Of a stretch of 64,000 nt of DNA, positions 25,022 to 39,289 are shown one piece after another (the first letter of the stretch is position 1; every line of letters begins with the position of its first letter). This DNA comes from Octopus sinensis (lineage: Eukaryota). The stretch lies in assembly GCF_006345805.1 (NCBI RefSeq), contig NC_043011.1, forward strand, positions 11,780,001-11,844,000. Direction: 5' to 3'. The notes under the pieces were generated by a model. It was not told where the DNA came from. It saw nothing but the letters and a program-made list of their open reading frames with translations, and ran no database searches. The position numbers and the translations under genes are program-made.

Positions 25022-25410
25022 TGCAGCAGTGGCTGTGTGGTAAGTAGCTTGCTTACCAACCACATGGTTCCGGGTTCAGTCCCACTGCGTGGCATCTTGG
25101 GCAGGTGTCTTCTACTATAGCCTCGGGCCGACCAAAGCCTTGTGAATGGATTTGGTAGGCGGAAACTGAAAGAAGCCCGTCGTATATATGTATATATATA
25201 TATATGTGTGTGTGTGTTTGTCCTCCCAATATCGCTTGACAGCCGATGCTGGTGTGTTTACGTCCCCGTAACTTAGCGATTCGGCAAAAGAGACCGATAG
25301 AATAAGTACTAGGCTCTTACAAAGAATAAGTCCTGGGGTCGATTTGCTCGCCTAAAATCGGTGCTCCAGCATGGCCACAGTCAAATGACTGAAACAAGTA
25401 AAAGAGAAAA
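25022..25410 (+). mobile_element. Bipartite tRNA-derived SINE
   Basis: Full head and tail modules. Confidence 0.85.
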
Positions 25411-25869
25411 AGAGCAAAGAGTTGGTGTTTAACCGAACGGACAGAGCACGTGTGCGCTTGTGTTTATGAGTGTTTATGAGTGTGTGTGTGTGTGTGTGTA
25501 TACGTGTGTGTGTGTGTGTGTGTGTTTGCGCGCGTGTGAGCGTGTACGTTTACTTCTGTAGAGGAAATCTCAACAGGGAAAGAAGAGAAATATATAATCT
25601 CGCATTACATGATCTTATTACACGAACGCCTGAAAGGTTTAACGTTTTATAGCAAAGTGATTAGAAGAAACTTTGATGTGTAGAAATATGATTGTACAAA
25701 TCTGTTTAAACTACTGTATTATGAATTTATACGTGTGTGGATGCACGTGTGTGCGCATGTGTGGGTGACTGTAGCAGAACGAAAAAATCTGTATTTGTGC
25801 GAATGATTGTTTTGTTTACGCATGCGCGCTCGTGTGCATGTGTGTGGGAATTTGATATGTGTGCGTACC

Positions 25870-26112
25870 CACGCCTATACCTATTTCTTTACTACCCACA
25901 AGGGGCTAAACACAGAGGGGACAAACAAGGACAGACACACGGATCAAGTCGATTACATCGATCCCCAGTGTGCCACTGGTACTTATTTAATCGACCCCGA
26001 AAGGATGAAAGACAAAGTCGACCTCGGCGGAATTTGAACTCAGAACGTAACGGCAGACGAAATACGGCTACGCATTTCGCCCGGCATGTTAACGATTCTG
26101 CCAGCTCGCCGG
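25870..26112 (-). mobile_element. SINE family 2 (ggcgagctggcagaa head)
   Basis: B-box-like GAGTTCAAATTCC on the minus strand; homologous copies at ~40565-40793 (-), 45517-45752 (+) and 50535-50748 (-). Confidence 0.8.
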
Positions 26113-26368
26113 CTTTGCACATGTGAAACCGAAACTTTGTGTGTGGTTTTAAAAAAATGTGTAGGGGACAGAAGAATATGACAATATGTGTGCATGTGTG
26201 TTTGTCTGGATGTATGTGCGCGCACGTATGTGTGTTGTATATATTTGCGTGAGATGTGTGGAATTCTTTAGAAGTTTTTTGTGAATCAAACATCCTTTCC
26301 TTCACCAGACTCGACCTTTGATCTGTATGTATGTGTGAATGTGTGTGTGAGTCTGCGTGTGTGTGTGC

Positions 26369-26442
<74 letters not shown>

Positions 26443-26852
26443 TGTGTGTGGTGCGTGTGTGCATGCGTGCGCGCGCACGCGTAGGTGGCTGTGTGAGTGT
26501 TTACATGTCCAGTGAAATGTGTTTACCGGTTTGGCAGTAGTAATTCCTTGGTTAGTAAGCAACTGATCGTAAGCAAGCTATTTTCATACCCGAAATCTGT
26601 GTGTGTGTGTGTGTGAGCGTATTAATTGCACATTTTTTCTCTATTATTCTAGTTTGCGGCTTTCATAAAACAACCATTCACAATTAATTATACATTATTT
26701 TCTGATATAACACGCAATTCTGTTGACACCCTGAAAATGAGCAAATTGAATACAATGATTACTTTTTGAGCACAAAAATATAATTCTCTCTTTCTCTCTC
26801 TCTCTCTCCCTTTCTCTCTCTCTCCCTTTCTCTCTCTCTCTCTCTCTCTCTC

Positions 26853-26905
<53 letters not shown>

Positions 26906-26994
26906 CTTAGCTTTTTGTAGTATTTATTCAATGAAATCCCTGTGACTAATACAGTTTCATAATTTTAGATACTTAAAGCTCATCTCTTTTTATA

Positions 26995-28560
26995 ATTCCC
27001 AAGTGATTGCGAGCCTTTGACTGTAGGAAAACAGGAAAAGACTCAGCTAAAAACTTTACTTTGCTAAGAAGTATGAAAAGCAACGAAATATACGCTTTTA
27101 CTTCATACCAAAGCAATGGGAATTTTATAGCAATTTCACTACTTATCTTTCAATTACTTCGTCCATTGTTAATTTGAGCTCGAGCAGTTTGATTACTCTG
27201 CAATTCAATAAAGCTTAATTTGCGCTTGATATCAATGTCAGTTAAATTTGTCCTAAACGGGTCTACCTCCCAACTGGGAATGATCATTCCCGAGAGATCT
27301 TTTAACTTAATTTCTATATAATTTTGTAATTCCTACCAGTGCTCAGTGTTCACTAAAATACCATTTTCTAGCAGCTCCTCTTCAATAATGGCCAAGGGTT
27401 AGAAAATGCGTCAACACTTTACCCTCAATATTTGTCGTGAAGACATTGCTTTCCCAGAAAAAGCACTTGTAGCCACTTTACAAATTAAAAGATCCGTATG
27501 CTTACTTCGTTCAGCAAATTTAACATTTCAAAATATAGTCGAAAGGTAGAATATACCACATTCGGCAACGGTAATTCTTTCTCCAAACAGCTTATCAACG
27601 ATGAACGAAGCCATGCAGGCAATTACTCTAAGGAAGCCAGCTCACCTTTGTATGCATAAGTAGGCATTCAAACTCATTTTCATTGTTAGTACTGAGTTGT
27701 TGGAAAAGACAATCTTGAAATGGATTTCACTTGATAATGTTGCCAGGTTTGATTGCACTATCAAATGCATCTTTCAGACGTCCTCCCGAGTATTTTGCAA
27801 TTAGATGTTGACAATGGAGCACGCAGTGTATGCAAAATACTTTGGGCACTGTCTCATTTAGATATGCAATGAAATCCCCCCTATCTACTTACCTTAGCAG
27901 CTGCACAATTTTTAATATTTTCCAGTGGGATATGATTTTTTGTATCTTAAGCATTTTCACTCTGATTTCTCTTTTGTCATAAAAAAAATGATATAAGCCA
28001 TAAGCTGATTCCATACTTTCGTCATTTTATCAATGTGTCTTGATACTGCTTAATAGATGATCTTTGTAATATGGTTTAGGGTCAGGTTCTGGTGTATGAT
28101 GGTTAAAATCCCCACTGATAATACAAGCAAAATCACATATTCACCAATATTCCAGCTTTGATCTTAGCTTGGAAATTTCATAAGATGCAATTAGACCTTT
28201 ATCTAATTTCAACCCTACTTTGCTTAGTAAAAAAAATTAAGGTTTCTTCCTTTGAAATCACCACGAAGCTTTTTAAAATAACCAAATGATTTATTTGTCT
28301 TTCTTGTCCTTGTGCTTATTCTCGAGATGTATTTTAAGCGTACTTGGTCGCATGTTGATATTAGTTCTTTTCCAGATATAACACGTTAACTTTGTTGTAT
28401 TGTGTGAAGACTGTATAGAACCGCGAATTAAAATCTTTTTTGACTATTGTCAACCTTGTTTCATAATGTTATTGGCCACGGGTAATATATGGAGTAAACC
28501 GACAGTAGCATGTTAGGCTTCCATCCCAACAAAAGACAATTTTCGGTGTGTAGGAATATC
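26995..28560 (-). mobile_element. Decayed hAT (Buster/Charlie-like) transposase pseudogene
   Basis: Minus-strand peptides MRPSTLKIHLENKHKD (~28306-28353), CIHCVLHCQHLIAK (~27793-27834; CxxH motif) and LFQQLSTNNENEFECLLMHTKVSWL. Many stops and frameshifts. Confidence 0.8.
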
Positions 28561-28734
28561 AAATTTACTTGTAATCAACTATAATAATAGAGCGTGTGTT
28601 TATTTTTAAAATATTTTTATTTTAAGTTTAGTATGAGCATATTATTTACGTTAACTGAATTGATGACACACATTCTGTATATTAACAGATAAGTATTAAT
28701 GAAAAAAAAATGCTTTTTGATATCAAATAATGTT

Positions 28735-29100
28735 AACTAGCACTATGACCCGGCGTTGCTAGGTCATACTGCTAGTACATGCATATATAGCTGCGTGCAT
28801 GCGCACATACACGCGAGTACTGTCCAAATCTCCGACCAATCACATATAGCTAGCTGGCATTCAATTGGCATATCAAGTTTCGGGCATTTCGATTGGGTTT
28901 TGGATAGAAAATTCACAAAAAAGTCACTTCTATTGATTTTTAATGGCTTTGCAAGGTGAGTGGAGAAATGTAAAGATGTGCACGACCACCCTTGGACGGT
29001 TTTGAATGACCATAGAAAGTGTGAGCCCTCTAACTGAAAATTTGTGGATTTGTATAAAGGATACGCACGCAGATATTTTGCTGTTATATATATAGAGAGA
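28735..29100 (+). mobile_element. Helitron-like non-autonomous repeat (copy 2)
   Basis: Starts with the actagcactatgacc..ggtcatactgctagt hairpin and ends tatatatagag; homologous to 11415-11788. Confidence 0.5.
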
Positions 29101-29445
29101 TATCGGATCCACTGTCCCATTTTTTCCATTTTAAATATTAATAACATTTAAACAGTAAACTTGGTGGGAAATATATCTTCGGATAGCGACAGTGAAAGTG
29201 TTAACCACACGATATAAAAAAAAAAAAACGCAGAAACCGAATGGATTTGTGTACCTGAGTTGTAGCCAAGGTTTCCAGATTAAAAGCTGACGTTCAAGCC
29301 ATATAATACATGTAAAAGGGCGAAAAAGAAGTGAAGTTAAAAATACCAAGAAACCCAGGCATCTAATTCGGGTCCATTATAGTTCAGTTCTTCAGTTTCA
29401 CTTTTGCTAATCAACAGCTACATACATACATACATACATACATAA

Positions 29446-29504
<59 letters not shown>

Positions 29505-29789
29505 TACATGCAATACATATATCAGCTGCATTTACATGTATGCATGCATAACATAGACTTACATCTATTTTAAAAGATGAATGGAATAACTTTTATCAGG
29601 GTTACTTCAAGTCTCAGGCAATCCCCAACGGCCTCATACTAAATAACAATAACAAATATTATTACTATTGTCACGATCAACAATAATACAGTCTTGGCGT
29701 TCACATCTCTTGCAAACTAATCGCACACTTTTCCTTCCATGCTTTTTCTTTTTTTCTAGTTCATTTCTTATTTAAATGTTTCTTTAGTT

Positions 29790-30530
29790 ACAGAATTTTC
29801 AGTTTTGATGACGCTGGCCTTCTTCGTGTGTTTCAAAAGTGGCTCCACGGCATTTTTTTATATACCACCCTAGGCTGTTTTCCTCTTCTTCAGTACAGTC
29901 CTGGCAACTGATCAAACCTATCCTACCCTTTCTTCTGGACAAGTAAAGTCTATTGGTGTCACTCTTAAGGTGGAAGGCTCCGTGTACTGTCAATATTTTT
30001 CTGCACTTGGTATCCATTTTCATCTTTTCTATCTTTTGCCATTTAATATAATTCACGTTCCATACCGAAGTAATGCTATCAACCATGTATAAACTGCTGG
30101 AATTGTATTCCATCCAGTCTTCGGAAATACTCCTTCCTCACTTGCACTTTCATTTCCTTTTCCATTATCTCGTTGCACTCCAGTGCATCAAGTTATTTGT
30201 ATTTATTCCGTTTCAATTTGCTTAATCAAGTCTTTATTTGGTAATTCTATCCCTGGCAGGGACTGTACTTTGCCTCTTTTTTGGTAGATTACTCTGCCAT
30301 TCTTAAGTCCAAATTCCATTCTAATATCAGTACTAAAACAGTGGACCATGTTCACCAAGGAACTCACTTGCATCTCATCTTTGCCATACAGTTTCAAATC
30401 ATCCATGTAGAGGAGGCGGTTGATTGTTTGGGATTTTTCCTATAGTTGGTACCCCAGGTTCATTTTTCTGAGTACCAAGGTCAGGAGTATAATGCAGAGA
30501 ACGAAAAGCAACGGAGATAGGCTGTTACCC
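29790..30530 (-). mobile_element. RLE-type (R4/Dong-like) LINE RT fragment
   Basis: QGNSLSPLLFVLCI, MDDLKLY, MEFGL, and FHLKSDTNRLYLSRRKGRIGL. Confidence 0.8.
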
Positions 30531-30534
30531 TGTA

Positions 30535-30870
30535 AGCTCTTACTGTAAGATGTTAGTTGAGTTTTTCATACCACAATAACACCTATGTAACCAGAAGTGA
30601 ATTATTCAAACTCCAAAGAATTCCTCTCAACACGATGCTCCCCCACTACTTCTGCTCATGATCAGAGATGCACATATTGTCAGCCACTAAGGGACATGCT
30701 CAACTGGTTTAGGTCAAACAACTGACAACAAATCCGTAGTACTGAGCACAATATTCGCTGTTGTCAATCTTTTGTACCAACACAAAACAATGTAAATGAT
30801 AACACTTACGATCAGTTAAGATGAAAAGCCACGGGAGCCACTGTTGGTGCAGGATCAAAGCATTATTATT
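30535..30870 (-). mobile_element. Non-coding repeat abutting (AAT)n, homologous to 35555-35890
   Basis: The reverse complement matches gtggctc.cgtggctt.tgatcttaactgat..aagtgttatc...gaattctttgg.gtttg.ataattcac. Confidence 0.65.
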
Positions 30871-30929
30871 ATTGTTGGTGGTGGTGGTGTTGCTGTTCTT
30901 GTTATTGTCGTCGTCGTTGTTGTTGTTAT

Positions 30930-32645
30930 TCATTAGTCTTATTTTTATCACGTGCTTTTACTGCACTACTGAGCGCAGTTCTGTGTCCCTTGGGTATGTG
31001 CTGTGGTTTGTTGTGGGGCTCTTATTTTCACTAGATTGAAAGTGCCTTACGTAAGATGTGCGCGGTGCCTAGTAGTGCTATTTTCTGTATGTCATATACA
31101 TTTGTAAGTCCTGGTGTTTCGCTTATATATTTGTCTTAATGTTTTTTTATCATACCTAATGCGCCTATTATAGGAATTGTTTCTGTTTTTTAGGCTCCAC
31201 ATTCGAGTTACCTCTATTTCCAGATCTTTAATAGTTTCCCCGTTTCTTTAGATACATATTGTTATCTGTTGGTATTCATACATCGATTAGAGGGCATTTT
31301 TCTTGGTTATCTCTGACAACTATATCCAGTCTCTTAGCCTTCATTTCTGTATCTGTATGTATTGGCATATCCCAGAGTATAGTTTCTATGCAATTTTCTG
31401 AGACCTTTTCTGGGGAGTGCCTATACCATCTTTTTTCTGTCGTCATTCCATAGTGTTGGCATAGCTTCCAGTGTATATAGGTCCCAACTCTGTCATATCT
31501 GTGAATATATTCCTTCTTAGCCAGGACCGGGCAGCCAGAAACAATATGATTTATTGTTTCTTCTGCATCACCACATATACTGCATTTCATTGTGTGTTTT
31601 TAGAGATTTCTGGTGGGAAGGCTTTGGTCTTGTGCTGTAATTAAAAATCCTTCAGTCTCTGCTTTGAGTTCTTAGCTTCTTAACCATTGTTAGGGTTTTA
31701 CTTTGTCTATTTCTTTTCTGTTTAGCTTAAACATAACATTTTCCATGTAGAGGCTTTTATTGCCATCGTTTTATCATAATTTGTTGCTCCAGTTTTAGTT
31801 TGGATTTCAGTTGTTTTACAGCTTTTGTTGTTTTTACTTTTTCTTTATAGTTGTCGGGTATTATGACTTCTTTTTTGTATTTTCAGCTTCCTTAAAGGCA
31901 GAAAACAGTTTTTGTTTTACTCGTGTTTTGTGCTTTTTGTACAAGCTTTCCTTGCTTCTGAATTAGGTTATTTTATAAGAGTTTTCTAGCTGTTTAAGGC
32001 CTCTACCACCTTCAAAACGTTGTATATGTAATCTTGCTATGAAAGATTTTAGGTGGTGTAGCCTAAATTCTATCATTATTATCTTGTCTTCCTGTCTAGT
32101 ATGATTAGTTTATTTAGAGTCCAGTTAAGAATATTGTAGCCGTAACTTATAACTAGGACGGCTAGAGTGTTGATACCATCATTTTGTTTTTCGCATTGAG
32201 TTCTGTTTTCAGTATTAATCTAACTCGTTTATAGTATTCATTTCTTATCTCCTCTTTCATTTTTTGTGTGTTGTATCGTATCCAGTTCATTGATTCCTAA
32301 GTATTTACATGTCTAATTCTCTTATTTCATTTGCTTTATCTAGTGTGATAGTGTTACTCTTAACTAGTTTTCCTCTTTTCGGGGTTGCTTTGGTACACTT
32401 TGCTAAGAAAAATTTCATGTTTATTTCTTTGATAAATTCATGCACTATCTTTAGTAAGGTTTCCAGCTGTTTTTCATTTGCATTATACAGTTTTAGATCA
32501 TCCATATACAAGAGATTGTTGATTGTTTTGCCGTAACAGTTGTATCCACATCCAGTTCTGTTTAGCATGCCAGATAAAGGTGTTAGTGCCTAACAGAAAA
32601 GGAGTGGAGAGATTGTGTCTCCCTGGAATATTTCCCCTATAATGA
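30930..32645 (-). mobile_element. 5'-truncated, decayed R4/Dong-like LINE (RT + CCHC knuckle + restriction-like endonuclease)
   Basis: LNRTGCGY, YMDDLKLY, CSICGDAEETINHIVSGCPVLAKKEYIHRYD, and RLDIVVRD..KCPLIDV. Same family as 53227-55140. The 3' end abuts a degenerate (AAC/AAT)n tract. Confidence 0.85.
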
Positions 32646-34593
32646 AGGCTGGCTTTATCTGTTATCATATTGAATTGCGAAGTATATGATCTTACACTTT
32701 TGTCCCCTATAATCATATCAAGTCTTCTTGTTTCGGTAGTATGGTCAGTTTTATGGAGCAGTTCAATAAGACACAGTAATTCTCATTCTCTGTTACAGCC
32801 TCTGGTTCGTGTTCATACAACTTCCTTTTTTTATTTTGAAGCAACACACTCAGCTAACATCTCAATGTACTCTTTTGCCGACATGGTCATGCCTGCGTTT
32901 ATACTCTTTTGGTGCTAGCTTACTGAACTCACTCAAGAGCTGATTGATACTTTCGTTTCCTTTCCTGTAGATTCTACATTTGCTGTGTGGTTGAGCTTCA
33001 TCAATCTTTGCCTTTACGAGATGGCTAATTTTCGAATGATTTTTTACTTGCTAAACAGTAATAGGACTACAGAAAATACTGTAAGACAACATATAACTAC
33101 CTAAAACACATGAATATATATTTCATAAAGTTATCTAAAATTACACTATGTAAAAATTACAATGTTGCAAATGAATTTCATCTGCCTGTGGTGCATTAAC
33201 GGTGAGCTAGATGTGGTTGAGGTGAGGATGTAATGGTAGAGGTAGTGATAGAGCTAGTTGATCAATGGTGCTCTACTAGTTTTTGCTTCCCACGTGTAGA
33301 CGATTAAAGTGCCAGAACTCTAAAGAACTGAGCCAACAACAGGGGGCGGTGTAAAAAAGAACCATTACCTACAGCGGAACTGGGAGATATTGAACTGGCG
33401 GTTGAGTCGTGTTTCAGTTGATTTCCTTGCTCATATTTCTTCCAGATAAGGAATTCCATTGAAGTTCTAAAGTGTTGATAATATTGCTAAATAAAAGTTT
33501 CTGTTGACAAGTCAACATATAAGATGACATTATGACAGAAACGTTGGGTTTCTGGTCTTCATCACCAACTTTAAAAGATGTATACCGTCTGCATTCCTTA
33601 ATTTATGATCAAATATAGAGGTTTTGTTCTTAAAAGTTTGTGTATTCCAGCGTAAAAATCACTAGTTCATCCAAGTTTCCTCCCTATTATAAATTTGAAA
33701 AACTAGAAGCTCTTCCTTTGGTATGTGCGCCGTTTGTTTCACACAGTTAATCCTATAACCTATTCCTTGATGATTTTTAAGTAGCCCTAACCTCTCGTTA
33801 TTAGCTTCTAAGTACGTGATGACAATACCATAGACACTGTTACTACAGGATCGTTATTGGATAAACTAGTTCATCATTGTCACTTCACAATTCGTATCAT
33901 TTGCAATCCTCTTATGCTTTCTTTTATAACAAATGATGGTTTAGAATTTGGCTTCGAATTTATATTTCAAAGAAGATGCAGTAAGCTCGTCTTCAGCTCG
34001 AGTATGTCTGGAAAATGATTACTTTTTTATATCATACTCCTCACAAATATTCGCCACATGAATTGAAGGTTTTGGTTCTTGGAGGTTGATGATGTGTATT
34101 GGTGGCTTTCTTTCGGTTCTTGTTTTTGTCAATTCCCCATTATCATGCCGTCTGTCATGATCCAACTAGTTGCGGGGAGGGTATGGCTCTCTTAGAATGA
34201 TTGCCACAATATTTTTAACGGTGCCAAAAATTTAGCTTCACATTATGATTTGAGGCTATTGTTATTGAGTGAGCTTAATTCTTAAGAGGAATTTACTATT
34301 TTGCTGGGTGTACAGTACTTATCTAACACACCCAGAATCGACGGCCCTACAATATTTATACTCAAAGAGAGCAGCAGAAGTCAACTCTGAAAGGCACTCT
34401 CTTAACTTAGATGTCTGATTTATACGATATCCATCTTAACATATACATAATACAAACACACGCACATCCCTCCCCACACAATTCCCACACTCACGCACAC
34501 TAAATTATCTGTGTGCGCTCACAGTACAAACTCGAACTCCTCACACGTTTTTTGAATTCTTTTTTTTTTTTCGCATTTTCCCTCAGCTTATAG

Positions 34594-35154
<561 letters not shown>

Positions 35155-35449
35155 TTTAAACATAAAAATAAAGTTCAAAAGGATTGAACCTAACATCTAG
35201 ATATACTTCTAACTGTCTGTCATTACTTACACTCACACATACACGTACACATACATTCGTACGTACACACACGTGCATTCTCTGATATATATTAATTTAA
35301 AATTCACATACTCTTGAAGCCACTTTGGCCATCTTCATCTGATGACTTCTACTCCGATCTTCTTGCTGGACAAAGAACATTAAACATTCATTTTACTATA
35401 TATTACTTTTGAGTAATCTCTTCGATATTCATATAACAATCACCACCAT

Positions 35450-36125
<676 letters not shown>

Positions 36126-36393
36126 TAATAATAATAATAATAACAATAATAATAATAATGATGATGATGATGATGAGGAGGAGGAGGAGGAGAAGGCGGA
36201 GGATTATACTACGGGTTCAGTTACTTTCTGCGGTTAAAAGAAAAAGTGAAAGTCATCATCGAAGCCAACGTAATAACCTTGTGTGCGTTTGTGTGTGTGC
36301 GTGCGTGTGTGCGTATTTATAGATATATATGTATATATATGTGTATATATATGTATATATATGTGTATATATATATATATATATATGTGTGTG

Positions 36394-36428
<35 letters not shown>

Positions 36429-37599
36429 ATGCAAATGGGTAACCCTGTGACAGACTAGCGTCCTGTTTCAGGGATGGTGGCTTTGCGACGAGTGGTGTAT
36501 AACAACACCCGACAGTCTGGGTGATACAGTGATATAAAGAATAAGTCCCGGGGTCGAATTGCTCGAATTGCTCGACTAAAGGCGGTGCTCCAGCATGGCC
36601 GCAGTCAAATGACTGAAACAAGTAAAAGAGTAAAAGAGTATATGTGGACACAGGACGTCACGAAACGTGTACAACAAAAATTACGAAGTACGAATATATG
36701 GAATATGAACTAATTTTTCGAACAACGAAAGACACAAATGGAAAACAAGACAAACAACATAAAGAACGACTCTTAATCAGTTGTTGCCTGTTTTTTTTAC
36801 TCTCGTATTTCGAGCATTTAACAACAATATACACTTTCGGTAAAACAGTTGTTCCCGCAAAGCAAATTAAATAAAATTTGGGATTTTGCGGAGGGTCAAA
36901 ATAGGTAACACAAACAGGACAGTGAAAACAAAGAAGAAGGGCTGCTAAGCCTAAGCAAGGTTGTGGTGGCGAACGCGTAAATCAAGCTTGGGCAGGAGAC
37001 AGACAAGAACACGTTTTCCTGGTTCCAGCTAGAACGGAGGCAAAGAAAGAAAGACAAGTTAAGAGAAAACAGAAAGATGACCGTGGTCTCGTGGGAGCAT
37101 CATAACCAAGGGAGGAGGAGTGAGAGAGTGATAGGATAGAATAGTGGGAGAGGAGGAGGTAAAAGAATAAGAGAGAGAAAGAGAGAAAAACGAAAGAATA
37201 AAAAGATCGTATAGAGTGCGCATCAGAATTATTAAAAGAAAACTTACTTGGAAGAGGATGCGTGGCGTTCAATCATATAATAATATAAATAATATATATA
37301 TATATGCATATATACATACGTATATGTACATACTTACATCTATACGTATATATATATATATATGCATTTAGGCACAGGACGTCACGAAATGTGTACAACA
37401 AAAAATGCGAAGTACGAGTTAATTAATTTGTTTGATTATCAATAAATTCTCGTGATTAACAATAAATTTTCGTATATTCCATCTTCTGTCTTTCATTTGC
37501 TATATACCTAACGACAAATGTGAAAGTGACCGTGCTATACCAGTAAGCTGCTAGGTGTAAACCATTCGCTTTATATATATATATATATATATTTACACA

Positions 37600-37927
37600 C
37601 AGGGTGTTCAAAAAATCTCTCTGCAGTGAATACTTTCATCCTGCGCATGCGCAACTTGGCTATCACTGCATGGACGGCTGGTGTCAGCCATTGTCCCTCA
37701 GTCATTGTGAAACCCTTCAGCGTGTCGACATGCTAACCATTGAAGAACGTACGTTTATTTTAGTTGAATGGATGTTTCGAGCTGGAAACAAATACACAGA
37801 TACTGTGAAACAGAAGTTCAATGAAACTTTTCCAAATATTCTTGTTCCGCATCGTGTTACTGTGCGGGATTTGGTAAGAAAATTTAGAAACACAGGCTCA
37901 ATGGAAGACGCAGCAAGAAGCGGTAGG
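37600..37927 (+). mobile_element. 5' fragment of a Tc1/mariner-superfamily transposon (DUF4817-type HTH), truncated by a (CAGA)n/(GATA)n tract
   Basis: Terminus cagggtgttc. The ATG at 37730 gives MLTIEERTFILVEW...VKQKFNETFPN..VPHRVTVRDLVRKFRNTGSMEDAARSGR. Confidence 0.8.
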
Positions 37928-37928
37928 C

Positions 37929-37961
<33 letters not shown>

Positions 37962-37984
37962 TACAGACAGACAGACAGACAGAC

Positions 37985-38059
<75 letters not shown>

Positions 38060-38451
38060 CAGACAAATAGATAGATAGATAGATAGATAGAAGCAAACCA
38101 TTCAAATACTAAGATTTGAAATAAGATGTCACTATTATTAATATCATTTGTGGATAAAGTTTAAAATTGATGGTGTCAACAGCAGTAGCATAGGTGGATC
38201 GCAGGCAAAATAGCATTATATAGCTATGAATTATACATTTGCTCGAAGCGTAATGATACTTAAAAAGCATGCACTGCTTGAAATAAGAGCTAAGGTTTTA
38301 ATTAATCCACCGTACAGCACCAAGATAACAGAGAAAATCAGTATGCGAGGAAAAAGGAGAGAATTAATACATTCAAAAGCACAAAATAAAATATTATCCA
38401 CATACCCGGGTTTCGGTTTTTGGGATATTTAATCCTTGAGCCTCTTCAGTG

Positions 38452-38493
<42 letters not shown>

Positions 38494-38554
38494 AGAGACC
38501 ACAAGTATACGTGTATACGTACGCCACTATATGTATATATAATAAAGATACAAA

Positions 38555-39237
38555 AAAATGGAACAAGAACGCAACAGGCGACAACAAAACATCCAGACAG
38601 TTAGACGATACAAAATGGGACAAGAAAAAACAAGGACGGGACATTCGGAGTTTTCTGGCCTTCCCTTTATTCTCACCTTCCCTACTCTTTTACCCTACTC
38701 TGTCCCTTTCCTTTTTTCTTTCCTACTCGTCCCTCCCTAATTCTTCTATCCCTCTGCCTCTACCTCTCTTCTCTCCTTCTGCGTGACCAGTGTTCCGCCA
38801 AGCCTGACCTTTCTTTCTTGGATTGACTACCATCCGTGCAACATCTATATTCCTTCCCATGCCTGTCATCTCTTATGTCCTTGCCGTAAGGCTTCACTTC
38901 CACACACGCCAGCTTAATTTAATTCGTCCTTAGTCGAAAGACACCTGTTGTTAATGTCCTGTTTGCATTTGTATTTGTGTACCATTTCTCTTTTTCTTGT
39001 CTTTGTTTTCGTATACAATCGCTGCTTTCTTCCAAAGAATCTAGGGCTCTTAGCTTAGGGGGGCTGGCCAGATTGGAGCAGTCTCGAGTATAACCAGCCG
39101 AAACTGTCGAGAAGATCCGGAACTCGACTGAAGATAGAACACTCCGAATGTCGCGTCCTTGTTTTTTCTTGTCCTTTGTTGTATCATCTAAATGTCTGGA
39201 TGTTTTGTTGTCGCCTGTTGTGTTCTTGTTCCATTTT
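38555..39237. repeat. ~97-bp inverted repeats (38555-38651 and 39141-39237) enclosing ~490 bp
   Basis: aaaatggaacaagaac.caacaggcgacaacaaaacatccagaca...acattcggagt and its reverse complement. Confidence 0.85.
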
Positions 39238-39289
39238 GGTATTCTTACATATATATATATATACATATATATTTATATATATATATAAT

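Noticed and set aside
29120-29150. FSILNIN peptide resembling an eh1/TN motif of a possible Nkx3 exon 1
   Set aside because: A stop follows within 3 codons, there is no donor site, and it lies at the end of a repeat in AT-rich DNA. Likely chance.
33250-34430. Non-repetitive-looking stretch upstream of the homeobox exon; considered as Nkx3 exon 1 or an LTR/gag relic
   Set aside because: No open frame or recognisable motif on either strand that I can support.
35167-35172. AATAAA 13 nt after the Nkx3 stop codon
   Set aside because: Common hexamer in AT-rich DNA; it cannot be called a poly(A) signal without transcript data.
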